Origin: an uncultured Bacilli bacterium | GTDB taxonomy: Bacteria > Bacillota_I > Bacilli_A > RF39 > UBA660 | Reading direction: 5' to 3' | DNA length: 64,000 nt | Assembly: GCA_934098505.1 (NCBI GenBank) | Contig: CAKOOR010000002.1 | Location: forward strand, 83,279-147,278 | Shown: in pieces, positions 30,922-42,840 of the stretch | Position numbering within the stretch: the stretch's first letter is position 1 | Layout: each line of letters begins with the position of its first letter | The notes under the pieces: generated by a model | The model's input: only the letters and a program-made list of their open reading frames with translations | What the model was told of the DNA's origin: nothing | Database searches by the model: none | Made by a program: the position numbers and the translations under genes

Positions 30922-31866
30922 TTATCTTGCTTCCTTTATTTTCTTCATAACAAAATTTTGAACGATACCAAAGACATTATTAACAATCCAGTAAAGGGCT
31001 AAGGCTGTTGGTAGTGAAAGTGATGCCATTAAAATCATAAACATCATGATATAAGTCATAGTCTTAGTTTGGCGCATCATATCAGAATTGCCGTCTTGAG
31101 GTTGGCTAGCCATGGCTTGTTTAAATGAGAAGAATGTACTTAACGCAATAATAACAAGTAAAATTAGATAAATGTAATTACCACTAGCAAGGGCTTTACT
31201 TGGAGTCATTCCTAAATTCATATTCCATAGTGTACCTTCGAAAATAGCAGGAACTCTATTGATTGCTTCTAAAAAGGCAAATAACAAAGGTAATTGAATT
31301 AATGATGTTAGGCAACTACTAGCCGGATTGATGTTATATTTACGATAGATTAGCATCATTTCTTGTGATTTTTGCATCATTGCTTCATTATCAGTACGGT
31401 TAGCATATTTTTGTTCTAACTTATTTAATTCTTTACTAGCTTTTTTCATGTTTTCTGATTGAGCCATGGTATTTTTAGTTAGAGGAATTAAAATAATACG
31501 AATTAATAAACTGATAATAATTACTGATAAACCATAATTGTTAACAAATTCTCCTAATTTTAGGATTAACCATGCAAGAGGTTTAACAAAAATACTTTCC
31601 CATAAACTTTGATACTTGATATCTGTCGGTTTAAAATTTTCACATGAAGGTAAATCTTCTAACTTAGTTGTTAATTTATCATCATATTTATTATAAACAG
31701 CAAGTAAATCGTCGGTAGTAGGCTTACATAAAATGTTGGAAGTTAATGTTTGACCGGTGGTTTCATTAATAACTTGTCTTTTGTCATCGTCTTTAACATA
31801 TTTTGTACAACCTACTGTGAGGAAAACCATAAGGGTTAGTATTCCAACTTTAATTTTTTTGTTCAT
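30922..31866 (-). CDS. yidC: membrane protein insertase YidC/SpoIIIJ (lipoprotein)
   Basis: The lipobox LTVGC and the 60-kDa inner-membrane-protein core. Confidence 0.85.
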   Translation of the reverse strand: MNKKIKVGILTLMVFLTVGCTKYVKDDDKRQVINETTGQTLTSNILCKPTTDDLLAVYNKYDDKLTTKLEDLPSCENFKPTDIKYQSLWESIFVKPLAWLILKLGEFVNNYGLSVIIISLLIRIILIPLTKNTMAQSENMKKASKELNKLEQKYANRTDNEAMMQKSQEMMLIYRKYNINPASSCLTSLIQLPLLFAFLEAINRVPAIFEGTLWNMNLGMTPSKALASGNYIYLILLVIIALSTFFSFKQAMASQPQDGNSDMMRQTKTMTYIMMFMILMASLSLPTALALYWIVNNVFGIVQNFVMKKIKEAR

Positions 31867-32189
31867 TTAATCTCCTTTATTAAACTTGTAAAATTAGATT
31901 CCAGTTCTTGAAAGGAAACATTTTTACAAGTGTTCTTTATCATTATAATATATTTAGCTGAATTTTTGAATTCTTTTTTATAGTTATCCACAAGGAAACG
32001 TACTTGTCTTTTTATTTTGTTTCTTTCCACAGCAGTACCATAACTTTTTTTTACGGCAATACCAAACTGTGGATAACTTTGGGGATAACTTTTTAGATAG
32101 ATTGTAAATAATTTATTAGTAACAAATTTTTTGTTGTGAATAATTTCTTGAAAATCATTGTTGGCTTTAACCATTTCTATTCTTTTCAT
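31863..32189 (-). CDS. rnpA: ribonuclease P protein component
   Basis: FGIAVKKSYGTAVERNKIKRQVR. Confidence 0.85.
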   Translation of the reverse strand: MKRIEMVKANNDFQEIIHNKKFVTNKLFTIYLKSYPQSYPQFGIAVKKSYGTAVERNKIKRQVRFLVDNYKKEFKNSAKYIIMIKNTCKNVSFQELESNFTSLIKEIK

Positions 32190-32225
32190 ACTAACTCCTT
32201 AAGGAAAAAACCACTAGGTAGTGGT

Positions 32226-32348
32226 TTACTTACATAATACTTTACGTCCTTTTTTTCTTCTTGATTTAAGAATATTGCTTTCTTTTCTAGCAAAGAAACC
32301 ATGTTTTTTAGCTTTTTTGCGTTGATTTGGTTGATAAGTTCTTTTCAT
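32226..32348 (-). CDS. rpmH: 50S ribosomal protein L34
   Basis: [40 protein letters not shown]. Missed by the ORF track because it is short. A TTGACA-18-TATAAT promoter lies at 32409-32380 on the minus strand. Confidence 0.85.
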   Translation of the reverse strand: MKRTYQPNQRKKAKKHGFFARKESNILKSRRKKGRKVLCK

Positions 32349-32417
32349 TTTGACACCTCCACATCTAATTAGCAAAGTTATTATAATAAAATTTTTAGGA
32401 TATTGTCAAGGTTTTAA

Positions 32418-32450
32418 TGATTATTATTACTTCCCAACCCACCCACCCTT
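32418..32450 (-). repeat. G-rich dispersed repeat copy B, abutting rpmH -35
   Basis: The minus strand reads AAGGGTGGGTGGGTTGGGAAGTAATAATAATCA. It ends 8 bp upstream of the rpmH TTGACA. Confidence 0.7.
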
Positions 32451-32520
32451 AAAGGGATGTTTTTAAAGAATAGTTTATGATTTTAGTTTTATGTTTTAGA
32501 AATTTTATATTTTGATAAAT

Positions 32521-33056
32521 TGTGGATAAGTGTGGATAACTTTTCTTTTATTATTATTATTATATATATATTCATCATCATAATACTGTGGATATGTGGA
32601 TAACTTTTAAAAAAATCCCGAAAGTACGCCAATAAAATGACCGTTTTGAGGTGTTGATAACTTTTGAGTTATCAACAGTTGGGGTGTGGATAACTGTGTT
32701 TTGAGGTGTTGATAACTCCAAAAATAGTCAAAAATCGACCAAAATTTACCTAAAAAAAGTGTCAAGTTTTAGTGTCAAGTAAGAAGTTATCCACAGTTTT
32801 GCCTAAAAATAGTGCATTTATGGGAAGTTATCCACAGGCGTGAGCCCTTATAAACACTGGGCTCAAATGAGTTATCCACATTATCAACAGGTACTACCAC
32901 CCAAGTTATCCACATGTTGATAACAAAAAAAGCCCTAAACTGTGGATAACTCAAAAATTTCCCAGACTTCTGGGAAAAAAACTGTGGATAAACTGTTGAT
33001 AAGTTGTTGATAACCTGTGGACAAAACTGTGGATAACTTTACTAGGGGTGTTGATA
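32521..33056. other. oriC: cluster of >=20 DnaA boxes (TTATCCACA/TTATCAACA) with AT-rich (TTA)n/(TA)n tract
   Basis: Perfect or one-mismatch boxes, in both orientations, at 32521, 32531, 32587, 32595, 32652, 32669, 32686, 32707, 32787, 32828, 32872, 32881, 32906, 32915, 32941, 32973, 32984, 32995, 33007, 33018 and 33048. An AT tract lies at 32546-32582. Confidence 0.9.
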
Positions 33057-33134
33057 ACTTTAAATCGGTAAAAAAGTACGAAAGTTCTTTACTAAAGTTT
33101 TAGGATGTTATAAAATAGGTGTTGATTATTGGTT

Positions 33135-34508
33135 ATGAGTGGGGTGATAATTTTGAAATCCGAGGAATTATGGGATAAATTTCTTTCTGTAATGCAAGAA
33201 AAAATGAATCCTATTTCCTTTAATACATGGTTTAAACCGTTAAAATTGCAAGAACTTAATACTAAAGATAACAAAATTATCATTCAAGTACCTATGGGTG
33301 TGCATAAAACGACTTTGGAAACCAGTTGGCATCAAGTAATTGAAGAAACTTTACAAGAGTTAACTGGTAATACTTTTGAACTATTGTATGTTTTAGAAGA
33401 TTTACAAACTGCTAAAGATAAACCTTTAGATAAGGTAAAAGCTAAAAAAAATAATGATGAAGTATTTGTAACGAACTTAAAGAAAGAGTTTACATTTGAT
33501 AATTTTGTAACTGGAGATACAAATAAATTTGCGAAGACAGCTGCGATAGCGGTGGCGGAGGCTCCGGGAAAAATATATAATCCTTTATTTATGTATGGTA
33601 AAAGTGGGGTAGGTAAGACTCATTTAATGCATGCGATAGGTAATTACATAACTGAACATTCGGACTTGAAGGTTTTATACACAACAAGTGATAGTTTTAA
33701 GGATGATTATACTAATATTGCTGGAGGGACGAATGATAATTCTTTTGAAAGAGCTGAATATTTCAAAAATAAGTATCGTGATGTTGATGTTTTGCTTATT
33801 GATGATATTCAGTTTTTAGTTGGAGCTGAAAAGACCCAACAAGGTTTTTTTCATACATTTAATGAATTACATGATAAAAATAAACAAATAATAATTACAT
33901 CAGATCGTTCACCAGAGGATTTAAAGCTTTTGGAGGAACGTTTAAGAAGTCGTTTTACATGGGGTCTTCCGGTTGATATTTATCCACCTGATTATGAACT
34001 TCGATGTCGGATAATTAGGGATAAGATAAGATACTTGAATTTATCCACAATGATGAATGATGATGTTATTAACTATATTGCTAATTCGTGTGATACCGAT
34101 GTAAGGGAAATAGAAGGAGCGATTAATAGATTACAAGCCTATACAGCTGTCTATGCGCCACCTAATATTACTTTAGAATTTGCAATGGAAGCCTTAGGTG
34201 ACTATGTAAATAACAATATATATTCAATTAGTAATATAACTGTTGTACAAAAAGCCGTTGCAGATTATTATGGGATAACAGTTGAAGCCTTAAAAGGAAA
34301 GAAGAAATCAAAGAATATAGCTTATCCAAGAATGCTTGGAATGTATATGGCTCGTATTATGACAAATGAGTCATTCCCAAGAATAGGTTTAGAGTTTGGT
34401 GGTCGTGATCATTCTACCGTTATTCATGCTTGCGATAAAATAGAAGAAGATTTAAAGGATAATAAACAATTACAAGAGATTATTAATGAAATAAAAACAA
34501 AAATTTAA
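33135..34508 (+). CDS. dnaA: chromosomal replication initiator protein DnaA
   Basis: The AAA+ Walker A GKSGVGKTHL and the C-terminal DnaA signature. The start is ambiguous: TTG 33129, ATG 33135, or TTG 33153 with a GGGGTG RBS. Confidence 0.9.
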   Translation: MSGVIILKSEELWDKFLSVMQEKMNPISFNTWFKPLKLQELNTKDNKIIIQVPMGVHKTTLETSWHQVIEETLQELTGNTFELLYVLEDLQTAKDKPLDKVKAKKNNDEVFVTNLKKEFTFDNFVTGDTNKFAKTAAIAVAEAPGKIYNPLFMYGKSGVGKTHLMHAIGNYITEHSDLKVLYTTSDSFKDDYTNIAGGTNDNSFERAEYFKNKYRDVDVLLIDDIQFLVGAEKTQQGFFHTFNELHDKNKQIIITSDRSPEDLKLLEERLRSRFTWGLPVDIYPPDYELRCRIIRDKIRYLNLSTMMNDDVINYIANSCDTDVREIEGAINRLQAYTAVYAPPNITLEFAMEALGDYVNNNIYSISNITVVQKAVADYYGITVEALKGKKKSKNIAYPRMLGMYMARIMTNESFPRIGLEFGGRDHSTVIHACDKIEEDLKDNKQLQEIINEIKTKI

Positions 34509-34534
34509 TATTTATAAAGAAAGAGAGAAAGTAT

Positions 34535-35653
34535 ATGAAATTTACAATTGATAAAAATATAATTTTAGAAAATTTAATGAATGTTGCTAGAGCAATATCT
34601 ACTAAAAATGTTATTCCTGTTTTAAATGGAATTAAATTTGAAATGACTGAGGAAGGTCTTTATTTAACAGCCAGTGATAGTGAACTTACAATTAAATCAT
34701 TTATTGAAAAGAAAGATATTAAAAATGTTGAGGCTTTAGGAAATATTATTATTCAAAGTAAATTTATTGTTGATATTATTAGAAAAATGCCTAGTGATAT
34801 TATTGATTTTGAAGTAGTAGATGGGTTAAAAATCAAACTAACTAGTGGTTCTAGTGAATGTAGTTTGAATTGTTTAGATTCAAGTGAGTATCCACAAATC
34901 GATTTAGAAGAACATAAGACTCCTATCTATATTAATAGTATGTTATTTAAAAGCATTGTTAGTCAAACGGCTTTTGCTATTTCAACTCAGGAATTAAGAC
35001 CACTTCTTACTGGTTTGAATTTTAAAATTACTGGTGATATTTTAGAATGTATTGCAACGGATTCATACCGTTTAGCTAAAAAGACAGTTACTTTAACAGG
35101 TGCTAGTGATAATGATGTTAATATGGTAATACCAGGAAAAAATGTTTTAGAACTTGATAAAATTATTAATGACGATGTTGATATGGAATTACATGTATTC
35201 AGTAATAAAGTGTTATTTAAATATAAAAATATTATTTTCCAAAGTAATTTACTTGCAGGTAATTATCCTAATACTAATAACTTAATTCCTACTAATTTTG
35301 AATACATGATGAGTACAAACTTAAATGATTTTTATAATGCTATTGATCGTGCTTCTTTAGTAACTCAAAGTAAAGATAAAAACATTGTTAAGATGACATT
35401 GTCTGGTAAAAAGCTAATTATTAATTCTTATGCTAGTGAAATTGGTAAGGTAGAAGAAACAATTGATGTTGAATGCAATGTTGAAAATGACATTTCTATT
35501 TCCTTTAGTGCTAAATATATGTTAGAGGCTTTAAAGACTTTTAAGGATGAAAAGATTATGATTTTATTAAATGGGGATATTAAACCTATTGTTGTTAAAT
35601 CAACAGAAGATGAAACTTTAATTCAATTAATTTTACCTATTAAGACTTATTAG
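34535..35653 (+). CDS. dnaN: DNA polymerase III beta sliding clamp
   Basis: Three-domain clamp, 372 aa, directly after dnaA. Confidence 0.9.
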   Translation: MKFTIDKNIILENLMNVARAISTKNVIPVLNGIKFEMTEEGLYLTASDSELTIKSFIEKKDIKNVEALGNIIIQSKFIVDIIRKMPSDIIDFEVVDGLKIKLTSGSSECSLNCLDSSEYPQIDLEEHKTPIYINSMLFKSIVSQTAFAISTQELRPLLTGLNFKITGDILECIATDSYRLAKKTVTLTGASDNDVNMVIPGKNVLELDKIINDDVDMELHVFSNKVLFKYKNIIFQSNLLAGNYPNTNNLIPTNFEYMMSTNLNDFYNAIDRASLVTQSKDKNIVKMTLSGKKLIINSYASEIGKVEETIDVECNVENDISISFSAKYMLEALKTFKDEKIMILLNGDIKPIVVKSTEDETLIQLILPIKTY

Positions 35654-35958
35654 GATATAGATGCAATTTATTTAGAAAATAAGCTAGAAAATATTAAATT
35701 TAGAAGGTTATTGAAAAAAATTTAAGTAGTAGAAATATGAAATATAAGATGGCTATGGAATTATTTTAAATTTTCCATTACATAATAATGAATAGAGGGC
35801 TGAAGAAATTTGGCTCTTTTTGATTTTAGAAAAACTATAAAAAGTTAGCTAAAAATGCAGTTTGGAAATAAAAATCAAGCTAAATTTAGTTCTATAAATA
35901 TAACTAATTTCAGGTAATAGTTATGAATTTTAGTTAAAAATTTACCTTTTTTTACCAA

Positions 35959-35988
35959 TTCGACAAAATTTGACAAAATTCGACAAAG
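35959..35988 (+). promoter_or_regulatory. three tandem 10-bp direct repeats AATT(C/T)GACAA upstream of comK-like gene, followed by extended -10 TGcTATACT
   Basis: ttcgacaaaa / tttgacaaaa / ttcgacaaag at 10-bp phase. TGCTATACT lies at 35994-36002. Confidence 0.5.
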
Positions 35989-36036
35989 GGACTTGCTATA
36001 CTATGGTACAATTCATTAAAAAAAGGGGGAAATTTT

Positions 36037-36501
36037 ATGGAAGAATTATATTCAATTAATGAAGATACATTATTTTTAGAAGGAGTTGTAGATGATAGGG
36101 GTAAAGTTTTAACTAAAATTTATGAACAAGATAAAGTGTTGAAACTTTATGATACACCAACAAACATTATAAGATACGGTTGTGAATACTTTGGCTCGAC
36201 TTTAGAAGGGCGTCAAAAAGGGTCGATGAGTTTATTGGGAATTAAACATAAAGTTCCGGTAATGGTTGAAGGAAGTATGGAATTAATATTCTTTCCAATG
36301 TGTTCACCAAGAATAAGAGATTGTTCGTGGGTATGTTTTAATAATATTGTAAGCTATAAAAGAAGTGGATATGATACAGAGGTATTATTTAAAAATGGTC
36401 AAAAAATAACTTTAAATATTTCTTATGGAATATTTGAAAATCAATATATGCGTGCTACTAAATTAAAAATGGTTAATACCCTAAGAAAATTGGCAAAATA
36501 A
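36037..36501 (+). CDS. comK: competence transcription factor ComK-like
   Basis: CEYFGSTLEGRQKGS...HKVPVMV, IFFPMCSPRIRDCSWV and ISYGIFENQYMRAT align with B. subtilis ComK. Confidence 0.7.
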   Translation: MEELYSINEDTLFLEGVVDDRGKVLTKIYEQDKVLKLYDTPTNIIRYGCEYFGSTLEGRQKGSMSLLGIKHKVPVMVEGSMELIFFPMCSPRIRDCSWVCFNNIVSYKRSGYDTEVLFKNGQKITLNISYGIFENQYMRATKLKMVNTLRKLAK

Positions 36502-36606
36502 AGAAAATTGGCTGTAAAATAAGCAAAATTTATGATATAATTTAAGTAGGTATATGGGTACTAATATACCTATTATTTTACTATAAGTTAGAAAGAGGCA
36601 CTTTAA

Positions 36607-37701
36607 ATGCGAATAGTCAATCTAAAGTTACTTAATTTTAGAAACTATAATCATTTAACCTTATCGTTTTCGCCAAGTATTAATGTTATATATGGTAAAA
36701 ATGGTAGTGGTAAGACTAATTTAATTGAAGCAATATATGTCTTAGGTTTAACAAAGTCTTTCCGATCTACTACGGATAAAGTATTAGTAACGAAAGATAA
36801 AAACTTAACAAAAATATCGGGGGTAGTTTTTGATAACATAAATAAAGAATATCAACTTACTATTTCTGGTGATGGCAAGGTTGCAAAAATAGATAGTCAT
36901 CGGCAAAATAAGTTAAGTGATTATATAGCTAAGGTAAATATTGTATTATTTCATCCCGATAGCTTAAAAGTAATTAAGGATTCACCTGGTGTAAGAAGAG
37001 ATAATCTCAATATTGATATGTCGCAGTTTGATAATGAATTTGTTAATTTACTTAATGATTATGAAAAAGTATTGAAGCAGAGAAATGCTTATCTTAAAGT
37101 AATGTATGCTAATGCGAATAAATCGCAAGTCTATTTAGATATATTAACAGATAAATTAGTAGATTATGGTTTAAAGATTTATGAAAAAAGAGCTAATTTT
37201 ATTGAACAAATTAATAAATATATAGGTAATTTCTATAGTAAAATAAGTGGTGTTGGTACTTTAAAAATTAAATACCAGTCAGAATTAAAGGATAAAAATC
37301 AGGAAAAGTTAAAGAAAATGTATAATGGTCTTAAAAATAAGGATATGCTTCTTGGTAATACAACTTTAGGTGTTCATAAAGATGATTATGCATTTTGTTT
37401 TGAAAGTGAATCTTTAAAAGATTATGCTTCGCAAGGCCAACAAAAAAATGCCATTATTGCTTATAAACTTTCTTTAATAGAATTGTTTAAAAATGAGCGA
37501 AATATTAAACCTATTTTGATATTAGATGATTTGTTTAGCGAGTTAGATAATGAAAAAATTAATAATATTTTAGAAGTAATTGATAAAGATTTACAAATAT
37601 TTATTACTGTTACTGATTTAAATAAATTACCAAATGATATAAAAAATAAAAATAATAAAATTTTTGATTGTGCTTTTGGTAAAATAAGGGAGGATATATG
37701 A
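36607..37701 (+). CDS. recF: DNA replication and repair protein RecF
   Basis: [14 protein letters not shown] and [14 protein letters not shown]. Confidence 0.9.
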   Translation: MRIVNLKLLNFRNYNHLTLSFSPSINVIYGKNGSGKTNLIEAIYVLGLTKSFRSTTDKVLVTKDKNLTKISGVVFDNINKEYQLTISGDGKVAKIDSHRQNKLSDYIAKVNIVLFHPDSLKVIKDSPGVRRDNLNIDMSQFDNEFVNLLNDYEKVLKQRNAYLKVMYANANKSQVYLDILTDKLVDYGLKIYEKRANFIEQINKYIGNFYSKISGVGTLKIKYQSELKDKNQEKLKKMYNGLKNKDMLLGNTTLGVHKDDYAFCFESESLKDYASQGQQKNAIIAYKLSLIELFKNERNIKPILILDDLFSELDNEKINNILEVIDKDLQIFITVTDLNKLPNDIKNKNNKIFDCAFGKIREDI

Positions 37702-39626
37702 GAGAATTAGGACATGAAGATTATAATGATAATGATATTCAAGTTTTAGAAGGATTAGAAGCTGTTCGCAAACGACCTGGTATGTATATCGGTACAACTG
37801 GTGAGGCTGGACTTCATCATTTAGTTTGGGAAATTGTTGATAATGCTGTCGATGAGGCTTTAGCTGGATATTGTGATGATATCGAAGTAATCGTTGAAAA
37901 AGGCAACATAATTACGGTTCGCGATGACGGTCGTGGAATTCCAACTGGTATGAATAAAAAAACAGGTTTATCCACAGTTGAAACTATTTTTACAGTATTA
38001 CATGCAGGTGGTAAATTTGGCGGTGGTGGATATAAAGTATCTGGTGGTTTGCACGGAGTAGGTGCTTCCGTTGTTAATGCTTTATCCACATGGCTTGAAG
38101 TTACTATTTATCGTGATGGACATATTTATTATCAAAAGTTTGAAAACGGCGGTCATTCAGTAGAACCTTTAAAAATTATAGGTGAATGTGATGCTAACCG
38201 TACAGGTTCAACGGTAAGATTTAAAGCAGATCCAGAAATATTTAGAGAAACGACTGTTTATAGTTATGCTATTTTGGCAAAGCGATTACAGGAAATTGCT
38301 TTCTTAAATAAGGGTTTAAGAATTATTCTTATGGATGATAGAGAAGATAATAAAAAAGATGAATTCTTATATCAAGGTGGAATTATTGAGTTTGTTAAAA
38401 TGTTAAATAAAAATAAAACACCTATACATGATGATGTAATTTATGTTGAAGGAAGAGAAGACAACATTTTAATTGAAGTAGCTATGCAATATAATGATGG
38501 TTATAATGAGGCTTTATATTCTTATACCAATAATATTCATACCCATGAAGGTGGAACTCATGAAGATGGTGTTAAGAGAGCTTTAACGAGAATTATTAAT
38601 AATTATGCTCGCAACAATAAAATGTTAAGTGAAAAGGCTGATCCTTTGACTGGTGATGATGTTCGTGAAGGTTTAACAATGATAATTTCTTGTAAACATC
38701 CAGATCCTCAGTTTGAAGGTCAGACTAAGACTAAACTAGGTAATATGGAAGTTCGTAAGATTGCTGATGATGTATTTAGTAATGGTTTTGAAAGATATTT
38801 AATGGAAAATCCGGAGATAGCTAAGAAGATTGTTGAAAAATCATTAACAGCATCTCGTGCAAGAATGGCTGCTAAGAAAGCTAGAGAATTACAAAGACAA
38901 ACCAAAGGTGGTTTAGATTTATCTAACCAATGGGGAAAATTAACTGATTGTACGAGTAAAAATCCTAGTGAATGTGAAATATTTATTGTTGAGGGAGATT
39001 CAGCCGGTGGTTCTGCTATCGGTGGTAGAAATTCTAAGACGCAAGCTGTTTTACCTTTAAGAGGAAAGATTTTAAATGTAGAAAAGGCAAGATTAGATAG
39101 AGCTCTTTCTAATGAAGAAATTAGAAGTATGATTACTGCTTTTGGTACTGGTATTGGTGAAGATTTTGATATTTCTAAATTAAGATATGATAAAATCATT
39201 ATTATGACTGATGCCGATGTCGATGGTGACCATATTAGAATTTTACTTTTGACTTTATTTTATCGTTTCTTTAGACCTTTGGTTGAAACTGGACATATTT
39301 ATATAGCTCAACCTCCTTTATATAAAGTATCGTGGGGTAAAAATTTCCATTATGTTCTAACTGATGCTGAACGCGATGAGTTTTTAAAGACTTTACCTGC
39401 AAATGTTAAATTTGATGTTGCTCGTAATAAGGGACTTGGTGAAATGGATCCCGAAGAACTATGTTCAACAACAATGGATATTAACAATAGAACACTAATT
39501 CAAGTTAAATTAGATGAAGCGATGGAAGCTGATGGTATTTTCAGTCTATTAATGGGTGAAGAAGTAGAACCAAGAAGAAAGTTTATTGAAGAAAATGCTC
39601 ATTTTGCTTCAAATTTAGATTATTAG
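37698..39626 (+). CDS. gyrB: DNA gyrase subunit B
   Basis: The GHKL ATPase, Toprim EGDSAGG, and [12 protein letters not shown]. Confidence 0.95.
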   Translation: MRELGHEDYNDNDIQVLEGLEAVRKRPGMYIGTTGEAGLHHLVWEIVDNAVDEALAGYCDDIEVIVEKGNIITVRDDGRGIPTGMNKKTGLSTVETIFTVLHAGGKFGGGGYKVSGGLHGVGASVVNALSTWLEVTIYRDGHIYYQKFENGGHSVEPLKIIGECDANRTGSTVRFKADPEIFRETTVYSYAILAKRLQEIAFLNKGLRIILMDDREDNKKDEFLYQGGIIEFVKMLNKNKTPIHDDVIYVEGREDNILIEVAMQYNDGYNEALYSYTNNIHTHEGGTHEDGVKRALTRIINNYARNNKMLSEKADPLTGDDVREGLTMIISCKHPDPQFEGQTKTKLGNMEVRKIADDVFSNGFERYLMENPEIAKKIVEKSLTASRARMAAKKARELQRQTKGGLDLSNQWGKLTDCTSKNPSECEIFIVEGDSAGGSAIGGRNSKTQAVLPLRGKILNVEKARLDRALSNEEIRSMITAFGTGIGEDFDISKLRYDKIIIMTDADVDGDHIRILLLTLFYRFFRPLVETGHIYIAQPPLYKVSWGKNFHYVLTDAERDEFLKTLPANVKFDVARNKGLGEMDPEELCSTTMDINNRTLIQVKLDEAMEADGIFSLLMGEEVEPRRKFIEENAHFASNLDY

Positions 39627-39636
39627 GAGGTATATC

Positions 39637-42111
39637 ATGGATAATAGAGAATCAAAAAATGTAGTTAATGTAATGAAAGATTCCTTCATTAACTATGCAA
39701 TGGATGTAATTATTGCTCGTGCATTACCAGATTTGAGAGATGGTTTAAAACCAGTACATCGTCGTATTTTATACACAATGTATGAAGATGGTTTAACTCC
39801 TGATAAAGCATTCCGCAAGAGTGCTACAACAGTAGGAGCCGTTTTAGGTAAATACCATCCACATGGTGATACATCAGTTTATGATGCGATGGTAAGAATG
39901 GCTCAAGACTTTAGTTATCGTCATCCATTAGTTGATGGTCATGGTAACTTTGGTTCAGTTGATGGATATGGTGCTGCTGCTTATCGTTATACAGAGGCTA
40001 GGTTATCAAAAATTTCTTTAGAATTATTAAGAGATATCAACAAGAATACAGTAGACTTCGTTCCTAACTTTGATCAAACTAAGAAAGAACCCGTAGTAAT
40101 TCCTAGTAGATTTCCAAACATTTTAGTAAATGGTACCATGGGTATTGCTGTCGGTATGGCAACAAATATTCCTCCTCATAATTTAGGAGAAGTAATTGAT
40201 GGCTGTGTTGCTTATATTGATGATAATAATATTACTGTTGAAGGGTTGATGAAGCATATCAAAGGTCCGGATTTTCCAACAGGGGCAGCTATTTTAGGTA
40301 ACAGAGGTATTAAACAAGCTTATGAAACTGGCCGTGGGACAATTACTATTAGAGCTCATGCAGAAATCGTAGAGCACAATGGTAAACAACAGATCGTATT
40401 TACAGATATTCCTTACCAAGTAACTAAGATGGAACTTCAGAAGAGAATTGCAGAATTAGTAAGAGATAAGGTACTTGAAGGAATTACTGATTTACATGAT
40501 GAATCAACATTAACAGAAATTAAGTTGGTAGTACATTTAAAGAAAGAAGCTAATGCTAATGTAGTATTGAATAATTTATATAAACATACCTCTTTACAAA
40601 CTACTTATGGTATTATATTCTTGATGTTAGATCAAGGTTTACCAAAGACTTTAAATTTAAAAGAAATTATTAGTAAATATATTGATTATCAAAGAGAAGT
40701 TATTTATAGAAGAACTAAATATGACTTGGAAAAAGCCGAAAAGCGTGTTCATATTTTAGAAGGATATAAGATAGCTTTAGATAATTTAGATGCAGTTATT
40801 AACATAATTAGAAATGCTAAAGATGATGATACTGCTAAACATGAATTAATGACTAGATTTAATTTGGATGATGTTCAAGCTGAATCTATATTAGAATTAA
40901 AGTTAAGAAGATTAACTGGCTTAGAACGCAGCAAGATTGAAGAAGAATTGAATGATCTATTAAAATTAATTGATGAATTAAAAGGCATTTTAGCCAGTGA
41001 TGCGAAGATTTATGACATTATTAAACAAGAATTACTTGAAATTAAAGCTAAATATGCTGATGAACGTCGTACAGAGATTGATATGACTGCTATTGATTAT
41101 ATTGATGATGAAGCATTAATTCCTGAAGAGAATATAGTTGTAGCATTAACTAATAAAGGCTATATTAAGAGAACTACTAGTGATACATTTAAGTCACAAA
41201 ATCGTGGAGGTGTTGGTGTTAAGGGTATGACTACGAATGAAGAAGACTTTGTAGAGCATTTAGTAGATTTATCAACACACGATTATCTATTGTTCTTTAC
41301 TAATAAGGGTAAAGTTTATCGATTAAAAGGTTATGAAATTCCACAATTCGGTCGTCAATCAAAAGGTTTGCCAATAATCAACTTATTGCAAATAGATAAA
41401 GATGAACGAATAAGCAGCGTTATTAAAATTTCTGCGAATGATGATAAAAAATACTTGCTATTTGTAACAAAAAGTGGTATAATTAAGAAGACGATTTTAA
41501 CCCAATTTGAAAATATACGTCAAAACGGAAAAATTGCTATTACGTTGAAGGAAAATGATGAATTAATAGCTGTTAAAAAGACTAGTGGCGAAGATATGGT
41601 ATTAATTGGTTCAAGTGAAGGGCGTATGGTTAAGTTTACCGAAGACGAGATCAGAGATATGGGACGTACTGCTAGCGGTGTTAAAGGTATTGATTTAGAA
41701 AATGACGCAATAGTAGTTGGTGCTGAAGTGGTAAATAATGATGATAATATTTTACTAATAACTGAAAATGGCTATGGTAAACAAACGAAGGTTGCAGACT
41801 TTAGACAAACAAGAAGGGGATCCAAAGGAGTTAAAGCGTTAAATATAACTGATAAGAATGGTAAAATAGCAGACTTTAAGGTTATAGGCGATGCTAATGA
41901 TGTAATAATAGTAACTAATTCTGGTATGATAATGAGAATGCCAATTAGTCAGATAAGTGTATTAGGTAGAATTACTCAAGGTGTTAGATTGATAAATTTG
42001 AAAGATGGTCAAAAAGTATCAACAATAACTTTGATTAAATCCGACGAACAATCAGAAGAAGATGGAACAACTGCTGGAATTAATGAAGAGGCAACACCAG
42101 AAAATGAGTAA
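39637..42111 (+). CDS. gyrA: DNA gyrase subunit A
   Basis: The active-site region AAMRYTE (here AAYRYTE) and the GyrA-box C-terminal beta-pinwheel repeats. Confidence 0.95.
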   Translation: MDNRESKNVVNVMKDSFINYAMDVIIARALPDLRDGLKPVHRRILYTMYEDGLTPDKAFRKSATTVGAVLGKYHPHGDTSVYDAMVRMAQDFSYRHPLVDGHGNFGSVDGYGAAAYRYTEARLSKISLELLRDINKNTVDFVPNFDQTKKEPVVIPSRFPNILVNGTMGIAVGMATNIPPHNLGEVIDGCVAYIDDNNITVEGLMKHIKGPDFPTGAAILGNRGIKQAYETGRGTITIRAHAEIVEHNGKQQIVFTDIPYQVTKMELQKRIAELVRDKVLEGITDLHDESTLTEIKLVVHLKKEANANVVLNNLYKHTSLQTTYGIIFLMLDQGLPKTLNLKEIISKYIDYQREVIYRRTKYDLEKAEKRVHILEGYKIALDNLDAVINIIRNAKDDDTAKHELMTRFNLDDVQAESILELKLRRLTGLERSKIEEELNDLLKLIDELKGILASDAKIYDIIKQELLEIKAKYADERRTEIDMTAIDYIDDEALIPEENIVVALTNKGYIKRTTSDTFKSQNRGGVGVKGMTTNEEDFVEHLVDLSTHDYLLFFTNKGKVYRLKGYEIPQFGRQSKGLPIINLLQIDKDERISSVIKISANDDKKYLLFVTKSGIIKKTILTQFENIRQNGKIAITLKENDELIAVKKTSGEDMVLIGSSEGRMVKFTEDEIRDMGRTASGVKGIDLENDAIVVGAEVVNNDDNILLITENGYGKQTKVADFRQTRRGSKGVKALNITDKNGKIADFKVIGDANDVIIVTNSGMIMRMPISQISVLGRITQGVRLINLKDGQKVSTITLIKSDEQSEEDGTTAGINEEATPENE

Positions 42112-42122
42112 TGAAATTTATA

Positions 42123-42722
42123 TGTTTCACGTGAAACGTATAAACAAGTAATAAGTAAAATATAAAAACAATGTTTCACGTGAAACATTGTTTTTTTTGC
42201 ATAATTTTTTAATGTTTCACGTGAAACATTGACTGTTGATAAAATTTTATGGTTATTTGTTTTAAATAAAAGTTATTTTCAATGATATTTAGAATTAATT
42301 TTTTTAAATACTATTTAAAATTTATATGTTTCACGTGAAACATATAAAAAATGTTGATATTTATTATTTAAATAATAATAGGATAATAAAACTTTACAAC
42401 ATTATTTATATTAAAAAACTAATGTTTCACGTGAAACATTGTTATTAACAAGCATATTTGTATGATTAACGTTAAGCTGATTCAATGGCTTATTAAATAA
42501 TTAATAATCTTGCAATAAATATTTAATGCTTTTTGTTTAAAGTATTTTATACATTAAATTAATTTGGCAGCTAAAATTTATTTATATAAATAAATTATTT
42601 TTTGATTTAAGAAATAAATTTTAATTTAATCATTATTTTAATGTTTCACGTGAAACATTAAAATTTTGTTCATAATAAATAATTGCTAATTAATTATTTT
42701 TTATGATGTTTCACGTGAAACA
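42123..42722. repeat. array of seven parS centromere palindromes (TGTTTCACGTGAAACA)
   Basis: Six perfect 16-bp parS copies at 42172, 42213, 42327, 42423, 42642 and 42707, and a 15/16 copy at 42123. The flanks extend each palindrome to 18-26 bp. Confidence 0.85.
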
Positions 42723-42840
42723 TCATAAAAAAGTTATAAACAGTTTTGCTTGATAAAATATTTTTTATATTGAAGTAGTTATTTATAAAGGAAGGTTAAA
42801 ATTTTTGTTGTATCTTTGGAATTTTTATGGTAATATTAAG

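Noticed and set aside
33092-33283. 63-aa minus-strand ORF across the dnaA start
   Set aside because: It overlaps the oriC boxes and the dnaA N-terminus, so it is an antisense artefact.
42123-42722. CACGTG-centred palindromes as LexA, Fnr/Crp, Rex or cre operator sites
   Set aside because: Half-site spacing and sequence do not fit those consensus sequences. They match the parS consensus exactly.
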